Below, piece by piece: positions 9,015 to 17,758 of a stretch of 20,000 nt of DNA. The DNA is from an uncultured virus (IMG/VR IMGVR_UViG_2061766007_000800). Lineage: Duplodnaviria; Heunggongvirae; Uroviricota; Caudoviricetes. The stretch is from the IMG/VR virus record IMGVR_UViG_2061766007_000800. One strand, 5' to 3'. The notes under the pieces were generated by a model. The model was not told the origin of the DNA and did not search any database. It saw only the letters and a program-made list of their open reading frames with translations. The position numbers and the translations under genes were made by a program. Position 1 is the stretch's first letter. Every line of letters begins with the position of its first letter.

Positions 9015-9017
9015 AAT

Positions 9018-9452
9018 ATGAATATAGCAACAAGTTATTTTTATCAAATTAGAAATTTTAAACCTGGGATGGTACCGGTCTCAACTTGTTTATCAGACCC
9101 TATGTGGTACCGCCCGCCAGAAGGCAAACAATGGTATATAGATAAAAGAGGAATAGTATGTGGTTTAAGATATGAACCTCTTATTGTTCAAAGATATGGA
9201 AATTGTAGTTGCCCTTGTCTTTTTAAAAATGAATTGTGCGGAGAGTGTCAAACTATGTGGGAATATAGACAACTCCTTGAACAATATGTAAATAAAGAGG
9301 AAACTTTTAAAGCTTTTGAACATTGTTTAAATCTTTTTAATGCAGATACTATTGTTTTAATAGTGTATGAGACACCTAAAAATCTTTGTAGTGAGAGAAA
9401 AGCTTTACAAGATTTCTTTAACTGTAAAGAATTAGAGTATCCAATAAAATAG
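9018..9452 (+). CDS. DUF488-like protein
   Basis: N-terminal IATSYF and C-terminal VLIVYETPKNLCSER resemble DUF488 family motifs; Cys-rich insert CSCPC...CGEC. Confidence 0.5.
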   Translation: MNIATSYFYQIRNFKPGMVPVSTCLSDPMWYRPPEGKQWYIDKRGIVCGLRYEPLIVQRYGNCSCPCLFKNELCGECQTMWEYRQLLEQYVNKEETFKAFEHCLNLFNADTIVLIVYETPKNLCSERKALQDFFNCKELEYPIK

Positions 9453-9461
9453 GAGAGAAAA

Positions 9462-10073
9462 ATGGCTAATTTTTATTTAGTATGTGGTATTAGTGGTGGT
9501 GGAAAAACTACTTTAAGTAAAAGAATAAAAGAGTTTAATCCAAATGTCGTAATGCTTGATGTTGATGAATATTATGCTGAAATCAATGGTGATGAATGTA
9601 TTAGAGAAAATACTTTTGAAGTATGGCATAAATTATATCAAGATATTCATTATTACGAAGAACAAGGCATTGTTGATGTTCTTCTTACTTCTAACGCCCT
9701 TACAGTTAGTCAAAGAAATCAATTTATAGAATGGTTTCCTACTTTTAATCATCATATGATTTGGGTGGTTGCCCCCTGGGAAAAGTGTGTTGAAGGAAAT
9801 AAGAATCGTAGAAGACATGTTGAATATCATAAACTTCAAGCACAATGGGAGAGAATGGAGTTCCCCAATGCACATGAAAAGGGTTGGGATACTATTGCTC
9901 ATGTAACAAATACTTGGACAGATGATTATATTATATTTAATCTTAAAGGTAATATAAAAGAACAGTTTAAACCATATACTTTTGAACCAAAGAAATATTT
10001 GAAAGATAATTGGTTGCAACAGACTACAAATTGTTATTTTCCTATATTAGATTATTTTGAGGAGGAAAAATAA
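9462..10073 (+). CDS. P-loop kinase (AAA_33 / polynucleotide-kinase-like)
   Basis: LVCGISGGGKTT, DVDEY after strand 2, lid RRR motif. Confidence 0.8.
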   Translation: MANFYLVCGISGGGKTTLSKRIKEFNPNVVMLDVDEYYAEINGDECIRENTFEVWHKLYQDIHYYEEQGIVDVLLTSNALTVSQRNQFIEWFPTFNHHMIWVVAPWEKCVEGNKNRRRHVEYHKLQAQWERMEFPNAHEKGWDTIAHVTNTWTDDYIIFNLKGNIKEQFKPYTFEPKKYLKDNWLQQTTNCYFPILDYFEEEK

Positions 10074-10077
10074 TATT

Positions 10078-10308
10078 ATGCATAATGATAAACTGTTTGA
10101 ATACGTAAAAAAGAAATTTGAAAAAGAGGGTGGATGTGAAGGATGTGGTAGTCAAAGATGCGATGGCTCATTTGAGTGGATGTCTGCCTGTCCTAAATTT
10201 CAAAGTTTCTTTTATGCTACTATACACCCTCCTATAATTCTTGATGATAAAAAATTAAAAAGACTTTTTGAAGATATAAAAGCAGTAGATAACAAAACCG
10301 AGAGGTAA
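10078..10308 (+). CDS. Hypothetical Cys-rich protein
   Basis: GGAGG SD at 10061-10065; CEGCGSQRC...C motif; start moved to ATG 10078. Confidence 0.6.
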   Translation: MHNDKLFEYVKKKFEKEGGCEGCGSQRCDGSFEWMSACPKFQSFFYATIHPPIILDDKKLKRLFEDIKAVDNKTER

Positions 10309-10313
10309 GTTTT

Positions 10314-10649
10314 ATGAGTAGAATAGATAATATTTACAATAGTATTTTAGAAGACCCAACTACAACAAATGAAGAGAAAGTAGATAAACTTTATGGAACT
10401 CATAAAGAAATAGAAAAAATAAGTAACCAAGATTTCAGAAAAGCAATAACTATGTTTGATTATTGTAAAGACTGTAATAAATATTATTGGATGCATGAAT
10501 GGACAGAAGATTATATAACTCAAAAAACTCAAAGATGTTTAAATCCTTTTGCTAGATATTTAGATAAATATGAGTATGAAGAATATGAAGGGCTTTTTAA
10601 AGTAAAGATTTGCCCCTATGGTCATTGTAAGATAATTGAAGAAATTTGA
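10314..10649 (+). CDS. Hypothetical putative Zn-binding protein
   Basis: GAGGT SD; CKDC ... CPYGH. Confidence 0.6.
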   Translation: MSRIDNIYNSILEDPTTTNEEKVDKLYGTHKEIEKISNQDFRKAITMFDYCKDCNKYYWMHEWTEDYITQKTQRCLNPFARYLDKYEYEEYEGLFKVKICPYGHCKIIEEI

Positions 10650-10674
10650 AAAATTTATAAAATTTTGCTATAAT
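10646..10674 (+). promoter_or_regulatory. SigA-type promoter with extended -10 upstream of dnaE
   Basis: TTGAAA (10646-10651), 17-nt spacer, TGcTATAAT (10666-10674). Confidence 0.8.
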
Positions 10675-10703
10675 ATTTATAGAATAAAAATGGAAAGAGG
10701 AAA

Positions 10704-13700
10704 ATGATGAACCGTTTAGAGGTACATAGCCACACACATTATAGTAACATAAGGCTTCTCGATTGTATCAACAAACCGAAAGACTTAATAAATAGAGCAA
10801 AAGAGATAGGATTAAAAGGCATTTGTGTAACAGACCACGAATGTCTTAGTTCTGCTGTAGAATTAAATGAACTTCAGCAAGAACTCATCAAACAAGAGTC
10901 TGATTTTAAGATAGGCTTAGGCAACGAAATTTATCTTTGCGATACAAGAGAGTCTAAGCAGAAGTATTATCACTTTATCTTAATAGCAAAAGATAAGGTT
11001 GGACATAAACAATTAAGACAATTAAGTTCAAGAGCATGGATGTATAGTTATGAAGACAGACGAATGGAAAGAGTAGTAACTTTAAAGTCTGATTTACATG
11101 AAATTATAGGTTCAAATAAAGGTCACTTGATAGCAACCACCGCATGTATTGGTGGAGAGTTATCAACTTTAGTTCTTGAAATGGAAACTGCAAGAGCAAA
11201 TGGTGTTAATAGTGAAACGCCTAAGCAGAAGATTATTGATTTTGTTCTTGAAATGAAAGATATATTTGGCGATGATTTTTATTTTGAAGTTGCACCTGGT
11301 ACATCAAAAGAACAAATAATAGTAAATAAGAAGATTGCGGAATTAAGTAATGTTTTTGGTATTAAAATGGTAATAGGAACTGACGCCCATTATCTTACAC
11401 CAGAGGATAGATATGTACACGAAGCATTCTTGAACTCTAAAGGCGGCGAGCGAGAGACAGCGCAGTTTTATGAGTTCGCTTATTTACAGACAGAGGAAGA
11501 AATAATAAAGAATTTAACTCCATCTATTGTTGACTTATATGAACAAATGTGTCAGAACAGTATGGAGATTTATGATAAAATTGAAAATTATAGTTTACTT
11601 CATGCACAACAAATTCCTAAAGTTGATGTAAAAGATTATCCTAAACAAAATTGGTGGGGAGTAAATAATCCTTATGCGGATGAAATGAACTCTTATCCTA
11701 TCACTAAACAGATGTTTACATCTGATGATATAGATAAAAGATATTGGATAAATCAATGTTATGAAAAATTAGTAGATATTTTTGATGATTGTGAAACTTT
11801 TGCAGATGTAATAGATAATCATGCAGAATATACACAGCGTCTTGAATATGAAGCAGATATTAAGGAAACTATTAGTGAGAAGTTAGGAACTAATATGTTC
11901 TCTTATCCTATCACACTTCAACACTATATCAATTTAATTTGGGATTGTGGTTCAACTGTAGGTGCGGGAAGAGGTTCATCTTGTTCGGGTCTTAATCATT
12001 ATCTTTTAGGGGTAACTCAGCTTGATCCTATCGAATGGAATCTTCCTTTCTGGCGTTACCTTAACAAAGAACGTATCGAGCTTGGTGATATTGATATCGA
12101 CATTGCGCCAAGCAAGAAAGGTCTTATTCTTCAAAAGATTAGAGAAGAAAGAGGACAAAAGTTCTTACCAGAGATTGATGATTTATCAAGAAAGAATTTG
12201 GGTTGTACTTTAATTGCAACTTTTGGTACAGAAACATCAAAGTCTGCAATTAAAACAGCTTGTAGAGGATATAGAAGTGCGGAGTATCCTAATGGAATTG
12301 ATAATGATATAGCAACATATTTATCTTCATTAGTTCCTGTTGAAAGAGGTTTTGTATGGTCTCTTAATGAAGTAGTACATGGAGATGAAGAAAAAGGCAG
12401 AAAACCTGTTACAACATTTATAAATGAGATTAGTCAGTATCCCGGTTTATTTGAAATTATGGTCGGTGTTGAAGGGCTTATCTCAAAAAGAAGTTCTCAT
12501 GCGTCTGGTGTTATCTTCTTTGACGAAGACCCTTATGAGTTCGGTTGTTTTATGAGAACACCTAATGGTGAGATTATAACTCAATATGACTTACATAAGG
12601 CGGAAGCGGCAGGTATGACGAAGTATGACTTCTTGGTAACTTCTGCACAGGATAAGATTATTGAAACAATTAAATTGTTACAACAGGATAAAGTAATTGA
12701 TGATACACTAAGCATTAGAGAAGTATATGACAAATATCTTCACCCCTCAGTTCTTGATATTGAAGATAAAGATATTTGGCAAAAGATACAAAATATTGAA
12801 GTTATTAACTTGTTTCAGTTCGACTCAGATGTTGGTTCTCAGGCAGCAAAGAAGATTAAGCCATCAAGTATGTTAGAGTTATCTGACGCAAATGGTTTGA
12901 TGCGACTTATGACTGCGGAAAAGGGTGCAGAGACTCCGATGGAGAAGTATATCCGCTTTAAGAATAACATCTCACTCTGGTATAAAGAAATGGATGAAGC
13001 GGGATTGACTAAAGAAGAACAAGAAGTATTAAAGCCTCACTTCTTAAAGTCACATGGTGTTCCACCTAGTCAGGAACAGTTAATGACAATGTTAATGGAT
13101 GAGAATATATGCAACTTTAGTTTGAAAGATGCGAATGCCGCTCGTAAGATAGTTGGTAAGAAGCAGATGAACAAGATTCCTGCTCTTCATCAACAAGTAT
13201 TAGACCAAGCAAAGAGCCCAGCACTCGGTGAGTATGTTTGGAAATGCGGTATTGGTCCTCAGATGGGTTATTCATTCTCAATCATTCACGCATTAGCCTA
13301 TTCATTTATCGCATATCAGATGGCATATTTAGCAACTAAGTTCAATCCTATATATTGGAACTGTGCGTGTCTTATTGTTAATAGCGAAGCAATAGAAGAA
13401 ATAGATGATGATGACGATGATGATGTAGTTGTTGCGGAAGAAGATAAAAAGAAAGAAAAGGCTGCGGACTATGAGAAGATTGCTAAGGCTTTAAATGAAA
13501 TGATAAGTCAAGGTGTAAAAATCTCATTGGTAAATATAAATAAGTCTGGATATACTTTTAAGCCTGATGTTCAGAATAATAGAATATTATATGGGCTTAA
13601 GCCTTTGAGTAGAATTAATGAAGAGATATATAACAAGATTATTGCGGGCAGACCTTATCTCGGCATAAAAGATTTTATGGCAAGATGTCCTTTACCTGGG

Positions 13701-14714
13701 TTATCTATGGTGGCTTTAATTAAAGCGGGAGCTTTTGACGAGGTTGAAGAGGTTTTACCCGACCGCCGCAGTATTATGGCATATTATCTCAAAGTAAAGA
13801 GTGAACCTAAAACAAAATTAAACTTACAGAATTTTTCCACTCTTTCTAAATTAGGATTATTCCCTAAAGAGATGGAATCAACTGTACGATTATTTAATTT
13901 TAACAAATATATAAAAGGTCATAAGTATCAAAATTATTTTGCATTAGACGATTATTGTTATGATTTTCTTTATAAAAATTATCCTGATGCTCTTGATTAT
14001 GTAATAACTCCAAGTGAGGAATTTGAGGGTGGTTATCTTTTAGATAGTAAGAGTTGGGATAAAATTTATCAAAAGGGTATGGATGTCGCAAGAGATTATA
14101 TTAAAGAAAATCAGCAAGAATTGTTGACAAAACTTAATGATATATTATTCCTTGAGAAATGGAATAAATATGCATTAGGTTCATTGTCAAAGTGGGAAAT
14201 GGATTCATTATGTTTCTATTATCACAAACATGAGTTGTCTGATGTAAATGTAATAAAATATGGAATAAAGAATTTCTTTGATTTACCTAAAGAACCAGAA
14301 GTTGAATATATGTATAAAGGTAAAGTTCCTATTTATAAGTTGTCAACTGTTATAGGTACAGTTATTGCGAAGAACGATACAAAGTCTTCTATAACATTAT
14401 TATCTTGCCAAGGTGTATTCACGGTTAAGTTTACAAGAGATTATTATTCTATGTTTAAGAAACAAATTAGTGTAGTTGACCCCGAGACAGGCAAAAAGAA
14501 AGTTATGGAAAAGGGTTGGTTCGCTAAAGGAACAAAGATTATGGTAACTGGTTTTAGACGAGATGATATGTTCATAGGTAAAACATATGCAAGAACAGTC
14601 GGTCATCAGTTATATAAGATTAATGAAATTTATGGCGACGGTATCACATTACAGCATGACAGATACACTGCCGCAGATATGTTTGAAGAAGATGATGTTG
14701 AGGATATTGCATAG
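10704..14714 (+). CDS. dnaE: DNA polymerase III alpha subunit (C family, DnaE type) with N-terminal PHP domain
   Basis: PHP motifs HSHTHYS, TDHE, GNE, DAHY; GAGRGS; catalytic GDIDID; HASGV; KYDFL; YSFSIIHALAY; C-terminal OB fold. Confidence 0.96.
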   Translation: MMNRLEVHSHTHYSNIRLLDCINKPKDLINRAKEIGLKGICVTDHECLSSAVELNELQQELIKQESDFKIGLGNEIYLCDTRESKQKYYHFILIAKDKVGHKQLRQLSSRAWMYSYEDRRMERVVTLKSDLHEIIGSNKGHLIATTACIGGELSTLVLEMETARANGVNSETPKQKIIDFVLEMKDIFGDDFYFEVAPGTSKEQIIVNKKIAELSNVFGIKMVIGTDAHYLTPEDRYVHEAFLNSKGGERETAQFYEFAYLQTEEEIIKNLTPSIVDLYEQMCQNSMEIYDKIENYSLLHAQQIPKVDVKDYPKQNWWGVNNPYADEMNSYPITKQMFTSDDIDKRYWINQCYEKLVDIFDDCETFADVIDNHAEYTQRLEYEADIKETISEKLGTNMFSYPITLQHYINLIWDCGSTVGAGRGSSCSGLNHYLLGVTQLDPIEWNLPFWRYLNKERIELGDIDIDIAPSKKGLILQKIREERGQKFLPEIDDLSRKNLGCTLIATFGTETSKSAIKTACRGYRSAEYPNGIDNDIATYLSSLVPVERGFVWSLNEVVHGDEEKGRKPVTTFINEISQYPGLFEIMVGVEGLISKRSSHASGVIFFDEDPYEFGCFMRTPNGEIITQYDLHKAEAAGMTKYDFLVTSAQDKIIETIKLLQQDKVIDDTLSIREVYDKYLHPSVLDIEDKDIWQKIQNIEVINLFQFDSDVGSQAAKKIKPSSMLELSDANGLMRLMTAEKGAETPMEKYIRFKNNISLWYKEMDEAGLTKEEQEVLKPHFLKSHGVPPSQEQLMTMLMDENICNFSLKDANAARKIVGKKQMNKIPALHQQVLDQAKSPALGEYVWKCGIGPQMGYSFSIIHALAYSFIAYQMAYLATKFNPIYWNCACLIVNSEAIEEIDDDDDDDVVVAEEDKKKEKAADYEKIAKALNEMISQGVKISLVNINKSGYTFKPDVQNNRILYGLKPLSRINEEIYNKIIAGRPYLGIKDFMARCPLPGLSMVALIKAGAFDEVEEVLPDRRSIMAYYLKVKSEPKTKLNLQNFSTLSKLGLFPKEMESTVRLFNFNKYIKGHKYQNYFALDDYCYDFLYKNYPDALDYVITPSEEFEGGYLLDSKSWDKIYQKGMDVARDYIKENQQELLTKLNDILFLEKWNKYALGSLSKWEMDSLCFYYHKHELSDVNVIKYGIKNFFDLPKEPEVEYMYKGKVPIYKLSTVIGTVIAKNDTKSSITLLSCQGVFTVKFTRDYYSMFKKQISVVDPETGKKKVMEKGWFAKGTKIMVTGFRRDDMFIGKTYARTVGHQLYKINEIYGDGITLQHDRYTAADMFEEDDVEDIA

Positions 14715-14727
14715 TCAATATCCTCAA
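14698..14727. repeat. Perfect 12-bp inverted repeat spanning the dnaE stop codon
   Basis: TTGAGGATATTG - CATAGT - CAATATCCTCAA. Confidence 0.9.
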
Positions 14728-14744
14728 GAGAAAAAGGAGATTAT

Positions 14745-15014
14745 ATGGAAAACCCAACTGAAATTCAAGAATTTGACAATGTAAACAAGCCTAAACATTA
14801 TAATAGAGAAGGCGGAATGCAGTGTATTGATGAAATGCTTTTATTATTTGGCGCACAGGAGGTATTATCTTTCTGTAAGTTAAATGCTTGGAAGTATCGT
14901 TATCGTGCAGCTGATAAGAATGGTGAGGAAGATTTAAAGAAGTCTGATTGGTATTTAAGAAAGTATCACGAAATACTTGAAAGAGCTATTCAGACACAGA
15001 GTAATAATCAGTAA
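14745..15014 (+). CDS. DUF3310 protein (T7 gp1.7 nucleotide kinase / SaV-like)
   Basis: DNVNKPKHY, QCID, FCKLNAWKYRYRA..KNGEEDLKKSDWYL signature; AAGGAG SD. Confidence 0.85.
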   Translation: MENPTEIQEFDNVNKPKHYNREGGMQCIDEMLLLFGAQEVLSFCKLNAWKYRYRAADKNGEEDLKKSDWYLRKYHEILERAIQTQSNNQ

Positions 15015-15077
15015 TTGCTTAATCATTTTTGTTAAATCATTTTAATAAAATTGTGAAATAAAAATGAAAGGAGAAAA

Positions 15078-15284
15078 ATGATGAAAATTACTTTATATAC
15101 TACACATTGTCCTATGTGTAACATACTTGAAAATTTATTAGAAAAAAAAGATTTGTCTTATGAAGTGGTAGATGACATAAATGTTATGATAGAAAAAGGC
15201 TTTAAAGCCGCTCCTATCCTTGAAGTAGATGGTAACACTTATACATACCCTCAGGCGAAGCTTTGGATAGGAGAACAACAGTAA
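15078..15284 (+). CDS. NrdH/glutaredoxin-like redoxin
   Basis: LYTTHCPMC CxxC motif, cis-Pro AAPILEVDG, 68 aa, directly before nrdD. Confidence 0.85.
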   Translation: MMKITLYTTHCPMCNILENLLEKKDLSYEVVDDINVMIEKGFKAAPILEVDGNTYTYPQAKLWIGEQQ

Positions 15285-15285
15285 T

Positions 15286-17283
15286 ATGCAGGTTAACATT
15301 AAGTTAAGTAAAAACTTCACTACCGCTTACAATAAAATGATGACGGAATATGGTGAAGAAATGGCTCAATTAAATGGCTTTGCCGATGAGCAGTTATCTT
15401 ACACAGATTTTATTAACAACTTTATTGATAAAGATAAGGTTGTAAACAATGATTCAGACTTACCAGATGAAGAGTCTGTTGTAGCAGATGTATCAATAGA
15501 TGCAAATGCCAATGTAAGTCATAAAGATATTGTAACCCTTGAGAATGAGATGCCTAAACCTCATCAAAAACTCATTGGTTTCAATAAGATTTATTTTGAA
15601 ATACAAAAGAAATATGGATTCAAGACAGCTAATGAATGGCTTAAGGCGGAATGGACAGGTCAATTCTACTTACATGATGCCTATAATGCAACTTTTAAGC
15701 CATATTGTTATGCTTATGATATTGATAGATTGGCTAAGGAAGGATTGTTCTTCATTGACAATTATAATGCAGAACCTCCTAAGCATCTCAACAGCTTCAC
15801 AGACTTCGTTGGAGAATTTGTAAGCTGGAACTGTAATCGTACATCCGGTGCAGTTGGTCTTCCTTCATTCCTTGTATATTCATATTACTTCTGGAAGAAG
15901 GATATTAATGACCCCGATGGTATCTATATGCAGCTCCCCGCAGAAATCAGAGGACAGTTTACAGAAAAATATAGAGACCAAGAGTTCCAAAGAATTATTT
16001 ATAAACTTAATCAGCCTTATTTAAGACAAGGAACTCAAAGTGCGTTTACAAATATGAGTTTATTTGATAGAAATTACTTTGAAGCATTGTTTGGCGGAAA
16101 GACCTTCCCTGATGGTACTCCTATGATAGACATCGAGGAAGAATTTATGGAATATCAGAAGGCTTTTGCAAGGGCAATTAGCACAATAAGAGAGAAAAAT
16201 ATGTTTACTTTCCCTGTTATGTCCGCATCCCTCTTAAGATATGATGGAAAATTCATTGACGAAGAGTTCGCAAGATGGGTAAACCGCCACAATATGAAAT
16301 GGGAAGACTTCAATATCTTCCAGAGTCCTGACATTACCTCTTTATCTAACTGTTGTAGACTTGTTTCTGATGTTAAAGACCTTGGATACTTTAACTCAGT
16401 TGGTGGAACAGCCCTTGAGGTAGGTTCAGTTAAAGTTAATACTATCAATTTAGCTCGTATTGCATATGAAACAAAGACACAACAAGAATACTTGAAGGTT
16501 CTTCGTGAAAGAACCATATTATGTTGTCAAGCTCTTGATTGTGTAAGACATATTATTGAAAGAAATGTTGAAAAGGGATTGCTTCCTAATTATTCAAAGG
16601 GAACTATTCACTTAGATAAGCAGTATAATACAGTTGGTATTATTGGTATCTTTGAAGCTCTTGAAGAGTTTGGCTATGCAGTAGTTGATGAATTTGGTTA
16701 TACATCATATAGCGATGAAGGCTTGGAATTTGCAAAAGATATTCTTGCTACTATTACAGAAGTTAAGAATGAGTTTGCAGCAGATACAAACTATTCAATT
16801 AATATCGAACAGATACCCGGTGAGCGTGCAGCATCTATTCTTATGGAAAAAGATAGATTCTTCTTCCCTGACAGAGCATATACACTTCCTCTTTATGGTA
16901 ACCAATGGATACCTTTAGGAGTTAAATGTACTCTTGCCGAAAAGATTAGAATTTCTGCTATATTGGATAAGGCTTGTTCCGGTGGTTCAATTATGCACGT
17001 CAACCTTGAAGCTCCTCTTACAGATGAAGAGACAGCTTGGGAACTTCTTAACAAGATTTGTGATGCAGGTGTCACCTATTTCGCTTTCAATTTAAGAATT
17101 AGTGCTTGTAAAGAGAACCATGGATTCTTTGGTGACATATGTCCTCATTGTGGAAAGCCTAAAGTAACTACATATCAAAGAATTGTAGGCTTCTTAACTG
17201 CTGAGAAAACATATTCAAAAGCAAGAAAAGCAGAGTTTGCAAAGAGAGATTGGTTTAGTTTAAATCAGTTACAGGAGATTTAA
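15286..17283 (+). CDS. nrdD: Class III (anaerobic) ribonucleoside-triphosphate reductase, redoxin-dependent type, no ATP cone
   Basis: YLHD, PYC (C141), finger loop SNCCRL (C356/C357), TINLAR, EQIPGE, SGGS, CxxxH...CPHC metal site, glycyl-radical loop QRIVGFL (G635). Confidence 0.93.
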   Translation: MQVNIKLSKNFTTAYNKMMTEYGEEMAQLNGFADEQLSYTDFINNFIDKDKVVNNDSDLPDEESVVADVSIDANANVSHKDIVTLENEMPKPHQKLIGFNKIYFEIQKKYGFKTANEWLKAEWTGQFYLHDAYNATFKPYCYAYDIDRLAKEGLFFIDNYNAEPPKHLNSFTDFVGEFVSWNCNRTSGAVGLPSFLVYSYYFWKKDINDPDGIYMQLPAEIRGQFTEKYRDQEFQRIIYKLNQPYLRQGTQSAFTNMSLFDRNYFEALFGGKTFPDGTPMIDIEEEFMEYQKAFARAISTIREKNMFTFPVMSASLLRYDGKFIDEEFARWVNRHNMKWEDFNIFQSPDITSLSNCCRLVSDVKDLGYFNSVGGTALEVGSVKVNTINLARIAYETKTQQEYLKVLRERTILCCQALDCVRHIIERNVEKGLLPNYSKGTIHLDKQYNTVGIIGIFEALEEFGYAVVDEFGYTSYSDEGLEFAKDILATITEVKNEFAADTNYSINIEQIPGERAASILMEKDRFFFPDRAYTLPLYGNQWIPLGVKCTLAEKIRISAILDKACSGGSIMHVNLEAPLTDEETAWELLNKICDAGVTYFAFNLRISACKENHGFFGDICPHCGKPKVTTYQRIVGFLTAEKTYSKARKAEFAKRDWFSLNQLQEI

Positions 17284-17284
17284 A

Positions 17285-17758
17285 ATGTTTATAAAAGGTT
17301 TTGAAGAAGAAAACTTTTGCAACTATAAAAAACCCGCTATGTTTATTGGTACTCCTTCTTGTGATTTTAAATGCGAGAAGGAGTGCGAAATAAAATGCTG
17401 TCAGAATTCTAAATTGGCACGTACTCCCGCAAGATTTGTTCCAGATGAAACTTTGATTAGAAGATATTTAGCTAATCCTATAACCAAAGCAGTAGTTATT
17501 GGCGGACTTGAACCTATGGACACTTTTGAAGAAACCTATGAGTTTATAAAATTATTTAGAAAGAAATCTAATGATGATATAATTATTTACACAGGATATA
17601 CAAAAGAAGAAATAGCTGGTTATGTAGGAGCATTACAGGAATTTCCTAGTATATACTTTAAGTTTGGTAGATTTATTCCAAATGCAAATAAAAGATTTGA
17701 TGAAGTTTTAGGCGTTGAACTAGCTTCTGATAATCAATATGGGGAGAGAATTAGTTAA
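17285..17758 (+). CDS. nrdG: NrdD activating enzyme (radical SAM) with an atypical Cys motif
   Basis: CDFKC...CCQNS, GGLEP, IYTGY, KFGRF, LASDNQ motifs; directly after nrdD. Confidence 0.88.
   Translation: MFIKGFEEENFCNYKKPAMFIGTPSCDFKCEKECEIKCCQNSKLARTPARFVPDETLIRRYLANPITKAVVIGGLEPMDTFEETYEFIKLFRKKSNDDIIIYTGYTKEEIAGYVGALQEFPSIYFKFGRFIPNANKRFDEVLGVELASDNQYGERIS

Noticed and set aside
5337..14714. TAG stop-codon recoding (three of four TAG stops are in frame with the next gene: 8816, 9452, 14714)
   Set aside because: No gene is interrupted by an internal TAG, proteins end where their families end, three TAGs are part of TAGGAG SDs, and downstream genes have their own SD. Compatible with chance; cannot be excluded for late genes outside the window.
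14698..14727. Hairpin after dnaE as an intrinsic terminator
   Set aside because: No U tract follows the stem on either strand.
10704..17283. Inteins or group I introns in dnaE and nrdD (also helicase)
   Set aside because: Reading frames are continuous with normal motif spacing, and no intein splice or homing-endonuclease motifs were seen.
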